This document shows, piece by piece, positions 17,437 to 18,907 of a stretch of DNA of 18,907 bases. Source of the DNA: an uncultured Bdellovibrionales bacterium (lineage in GTDB: Bacteria > Bdellovibrionota_C > UBA2361 > CAZKXU01); the NCBI GenBank assembly GCA_964556665.1, contig CAZKXU010000070.1:1-18907 (forward strand), given 5' to 3'. How positions within the stretch are numbered: position 1 is the stretch's first letter; every line of letters starts with the position of its first letter. A program made the translations under genes and the position numbers. A model generated the notes under the pieces. It saw only the letters and a list, made by a program, of their open reading frames with translations. It was not told the origin of the DNA and did not search any database.

Positions 17437-17478
17437 CCCCAATAAATTGTCCCCAATAAATTGTCCCCAATAAATTGT
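17437..17478. repeat. Tandem direct repeat, 3 x 14 bp (CCCCAATAAATTGT)
   Basis: Three perfect head-to-tail copies lie at 17437-17450, 17451-17464 and 17465-17478, immediately after the truncated palindromic element and before a long AT-rich spacer. Confidence 0.9.
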
Positions 17479-17607
17479 CTCACTGACATTGCGAACCTCC
17501 TACTAAAAATTGTAGATTTGAAATCAAATAAGTTGGTGACTAAAAACTCAATTTATATAGAATCTTAGCGCCAAGCATTAAGCCAGTTAGCGTGCTATTA
17601 TTGCCTT

Positions 17608-17632
17608 AAAATATGCTTTCAAAGCATATTTT
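17608..17632. repeat. 25-bp perfect palindrome AAAATATGCTTT-C-AAAGCATATTTT (imperfectly extendable to ~35 bp)
   Basis: The 12-bp arms are exact reverse complements around a central C. The stem is AT-rich and followed by TCTTAAG. It could be an operator-type protein-binding site or a weak terminator hairpin. Confidence 0.8.
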
Positions 17633-17758
17633 TCTTAAGAACTCTTAGATATTGGCAACAAGATTTGACCTTATTCCCTGAAATTATTAATATTTTCTAC
17701 TGTTTTGAAATCAGCTTAACTAGAATGACCATTAGCAATGTCTCTGTGAGAATTTTTT

Positions 17759-17782
17759 TGGGAATTTTATGGGGAATTTTAT
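17759..17782. repeat. Tandem direct repeat, 2 x 12 bp (TGGGAATTTTAT GGGGAATTTTAT)
   Basis: Two adjacent near-identical 12-mers (11/12) lie about 115 bp upstream of the 228-aa orphan gene start. Confidence 0.8.
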
Positions 17783-17895
17783 GAGGCTCGCAAGGGTCCC
17801 GTTTAATTTTGATGCTTATTAGAAACTGTTGACTATAAATAATTAGTTATGGGAGATCGTTTGAAATAATCGCTTCCCCTAAGCTTTGTCCCTCT

Positions 17896-18582
17896 ATGGC
17901 GAAATTTACAGCAAGATATGAGATCGTGGCGACAAAGAGTATAGTTGCCTCAGAACTGGCTAGAATGCAAAAGGCATGCTTTGATGAAGAAATACTACAA
18001 TGCTATAAGGACAACAATGAAGAGCAATTATATTGGGAGCAGTTTGACTGTCTCAAGAACAAGGTAAAGGGATACCGGACTTTCAATAAGATAATTAGTT
18101 TGGGGCATTCCGATGTAAAAAGTTTTGCAAAAAAGCTAACGGAAAAGCTGACGCAGTTATTCAATACAATTGGTGCCACTCACTTAATTATAATCTCTGA
18201 TTTAAAAAATGATTTTTTTGGAAATAGAGATAATAAGTTCAAACCATTAAAACAGGCGTATAATAAACTTGAAAAAATTGTTGGTGACAAAACATTTAAA
18301 GAGGCCTTTTCTGTCGATATAGATGATTTAAAAGACTTCATAGAAATTATCTTTTGGATAACGCGTTGCGATCCAAGCGTGCCTGGTCTTTACCTATTTG
18401 ACGATGGAGAGCAAATTCAAATTAGATTGTGCAAATATGGAAACATACATTTGATACAATATAAAAAAGTTGTTTTGACAGAGGGCAAATTGAAAGACTT
18501 GGGTTGGACAATTCTTAAAAAAAAGTGTTTTGACAACTTTACTAGTACCGGTAGGATTGAAGGAAGGCAGCTAAAAGTATAA
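17896..18582 (+). CDS. Hypothetical protein (228 aa), orphan, AT-rich, Lys-rich, no recognisable motifs
   Basis: The long ORF sits in an AT-rich region. No convincing SD is present (CCCTCT upstream). No signal peptide or TM segment is apparent. Codon composition is unlike the neighbouring sec operon. Confidence 0.5.
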   Translation: MAKFTARYEIVATKSIVASELARMQKACFDEEILQCYKDNNEEQLYWEQFDCLKNKVKGYRTFNKIISLGHSDVKSFAKKLTEKLTQLFNTIGATHLIIISDLKNDFFGNRDNKFKPLKQAYNKLEKIVGDKTFKEAFSVDIDDLKDFIEIIFWITRCDPSVPGLYLFDDGEQIQIRLCKYGNIHLIQYKKVVLTEGKLKDLGWTILKKKCFDNFTSTGRIEGRQLKV

Positions 18583-18659
18583 TATTTTCTCTCACCTTTC
18601 CCGAAGTCTCTGTGAAAAATTTATGTTGTGTTTCTTAGTTGCTCCGCCAGCCGTTTCAG

Positions 18660-18907
18660 TTAGTTCCTAGACTTATGTGTTATCCCCTTTCCAAATACCT
18701 CAAATTCTTCCAAAGTAGCAGTCGCATATATTTCTTCAAAATCACTACCTACGGATGCACGCTCACGGAACTTTTTAAAAGCGTGTGCAGCACTCTTACT
18801 GATAGTTAGACATCCACAACCGTCTCCAATATCCGCACAAACCCCAAGCTCAGATGTATCCGTCCTCTCCCACCCAGGTGTCGATTTGCAATAAATTGAA
18901 CAGCGGT
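18660..18907 (-). CDS. Partial CDS (C-terminal ~82 codons; start beyond window end), hypothetical
   Basis: On the minus strand, an open frame runs from the window edge to a TAA at 18660-18662 (…CADIGDGCGCLTISKSAAHAFKKFRERASVGSDFEEIYATATLEEFEVFGKGITHKSRN*). It is convergent with the 228-aa gene. The ORF track omits it because no start codon is inside the window. Confidence 0.3.
   Translation of the reverse strand, partial: RCSIYCKSTPGWERTDTSELGVCADIGDGCGCLTISKSAAHAFKKFRERASVGSDFEEIYATATLEEFEVFGKGITHKSRN

Noticed and set aside
17437-17478. A CRISPR array, suggested by the exact tandem repeats
   Set aside because: The units are directly adjacent with no spacers. There are only three 14-bp units and no cas genes. 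It is a tandem repeat, not CRISPR.
15951-17715. Recurring TTTGAAATC 9-mer (at about 15953, 17517 and 17704) in AT-rich intergenic DNA flanking the ATPase gene, as a possible regulator site
   Set aside because: A short AT-rich 9-mer recurring three times in about 1 kb of AT-rich sequence is well within chance expectation. There is no consistent spacing to promoters.

Overview
The window is a chromosomal segment from a moderately AT-rich Gram-negative bacterium, mostly housekeeping genes with an AT-rich accessory tail at the 3' end. The gene order queA-tgt-yajC-secD-secF, with secD and secF as separate genes, is the classic proteobacterial arrangement, so a gammaproteobacterium-like lineage is likely. 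This is inference from synteny and composition only.

Genes from left to right:
- Minus strand: a signal-peptide-bearing type-1 periplasmic binding protein (LivJ-like) sits 24 bp downstream of the K+ uptake transporter Kup. Next is a small Gly-rich secreted hypothetical protein.
- Plus strand: a secreted 419-aa hypothetical protein is translationally coupled to a Cys-type (formylglycine-dependent) sulfatase.
- Then a single-chain pyruvate carboxylase, an SPFH/stomatin-family protein, and the queA-tgt-yajC-secD-secF operon.
- A separately promoted AAA+ ATPase (Walker A/B plus a C-terminal DUF4143 with a PD-(D/E)xK-like nuclease motif) follows.
- The window ends with a 228-aa orphan protein in a visibly more AT-rich region and a convergent partial ORF at the edge.

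I could support no rRNA, tRNA or CRISPR array.

The most notable non-coding signal is a ~75-nt GC-rich palindromic repeat that I do not recognise. It has 12-bp terminal inverted repeats (CTGGGACCGCGG...CCGCGGTCCCAG) and two internal hairpins. It occurs three times in 19 kb (two full copies and one truncated), always intergenic. Base-pair covariation between copies preserves the hairpins.

Other non-coding features:
- A 114-bp nested hairpin with 22-bp arms lies between the small secreted gene and kup. The arms pair perfectly (two G:U wobbles) only in the minus-strand RNA, which is the transcribed orientation.
- The ~575-bp intergenic region upstream of the orphan gene is packed with repeats: a truncated copy of the element, three tandem 14-mers, a 25-bp perfect palindrome and two tandem 12-mers.

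All of these need genome-wide and database checks that I cannot run.
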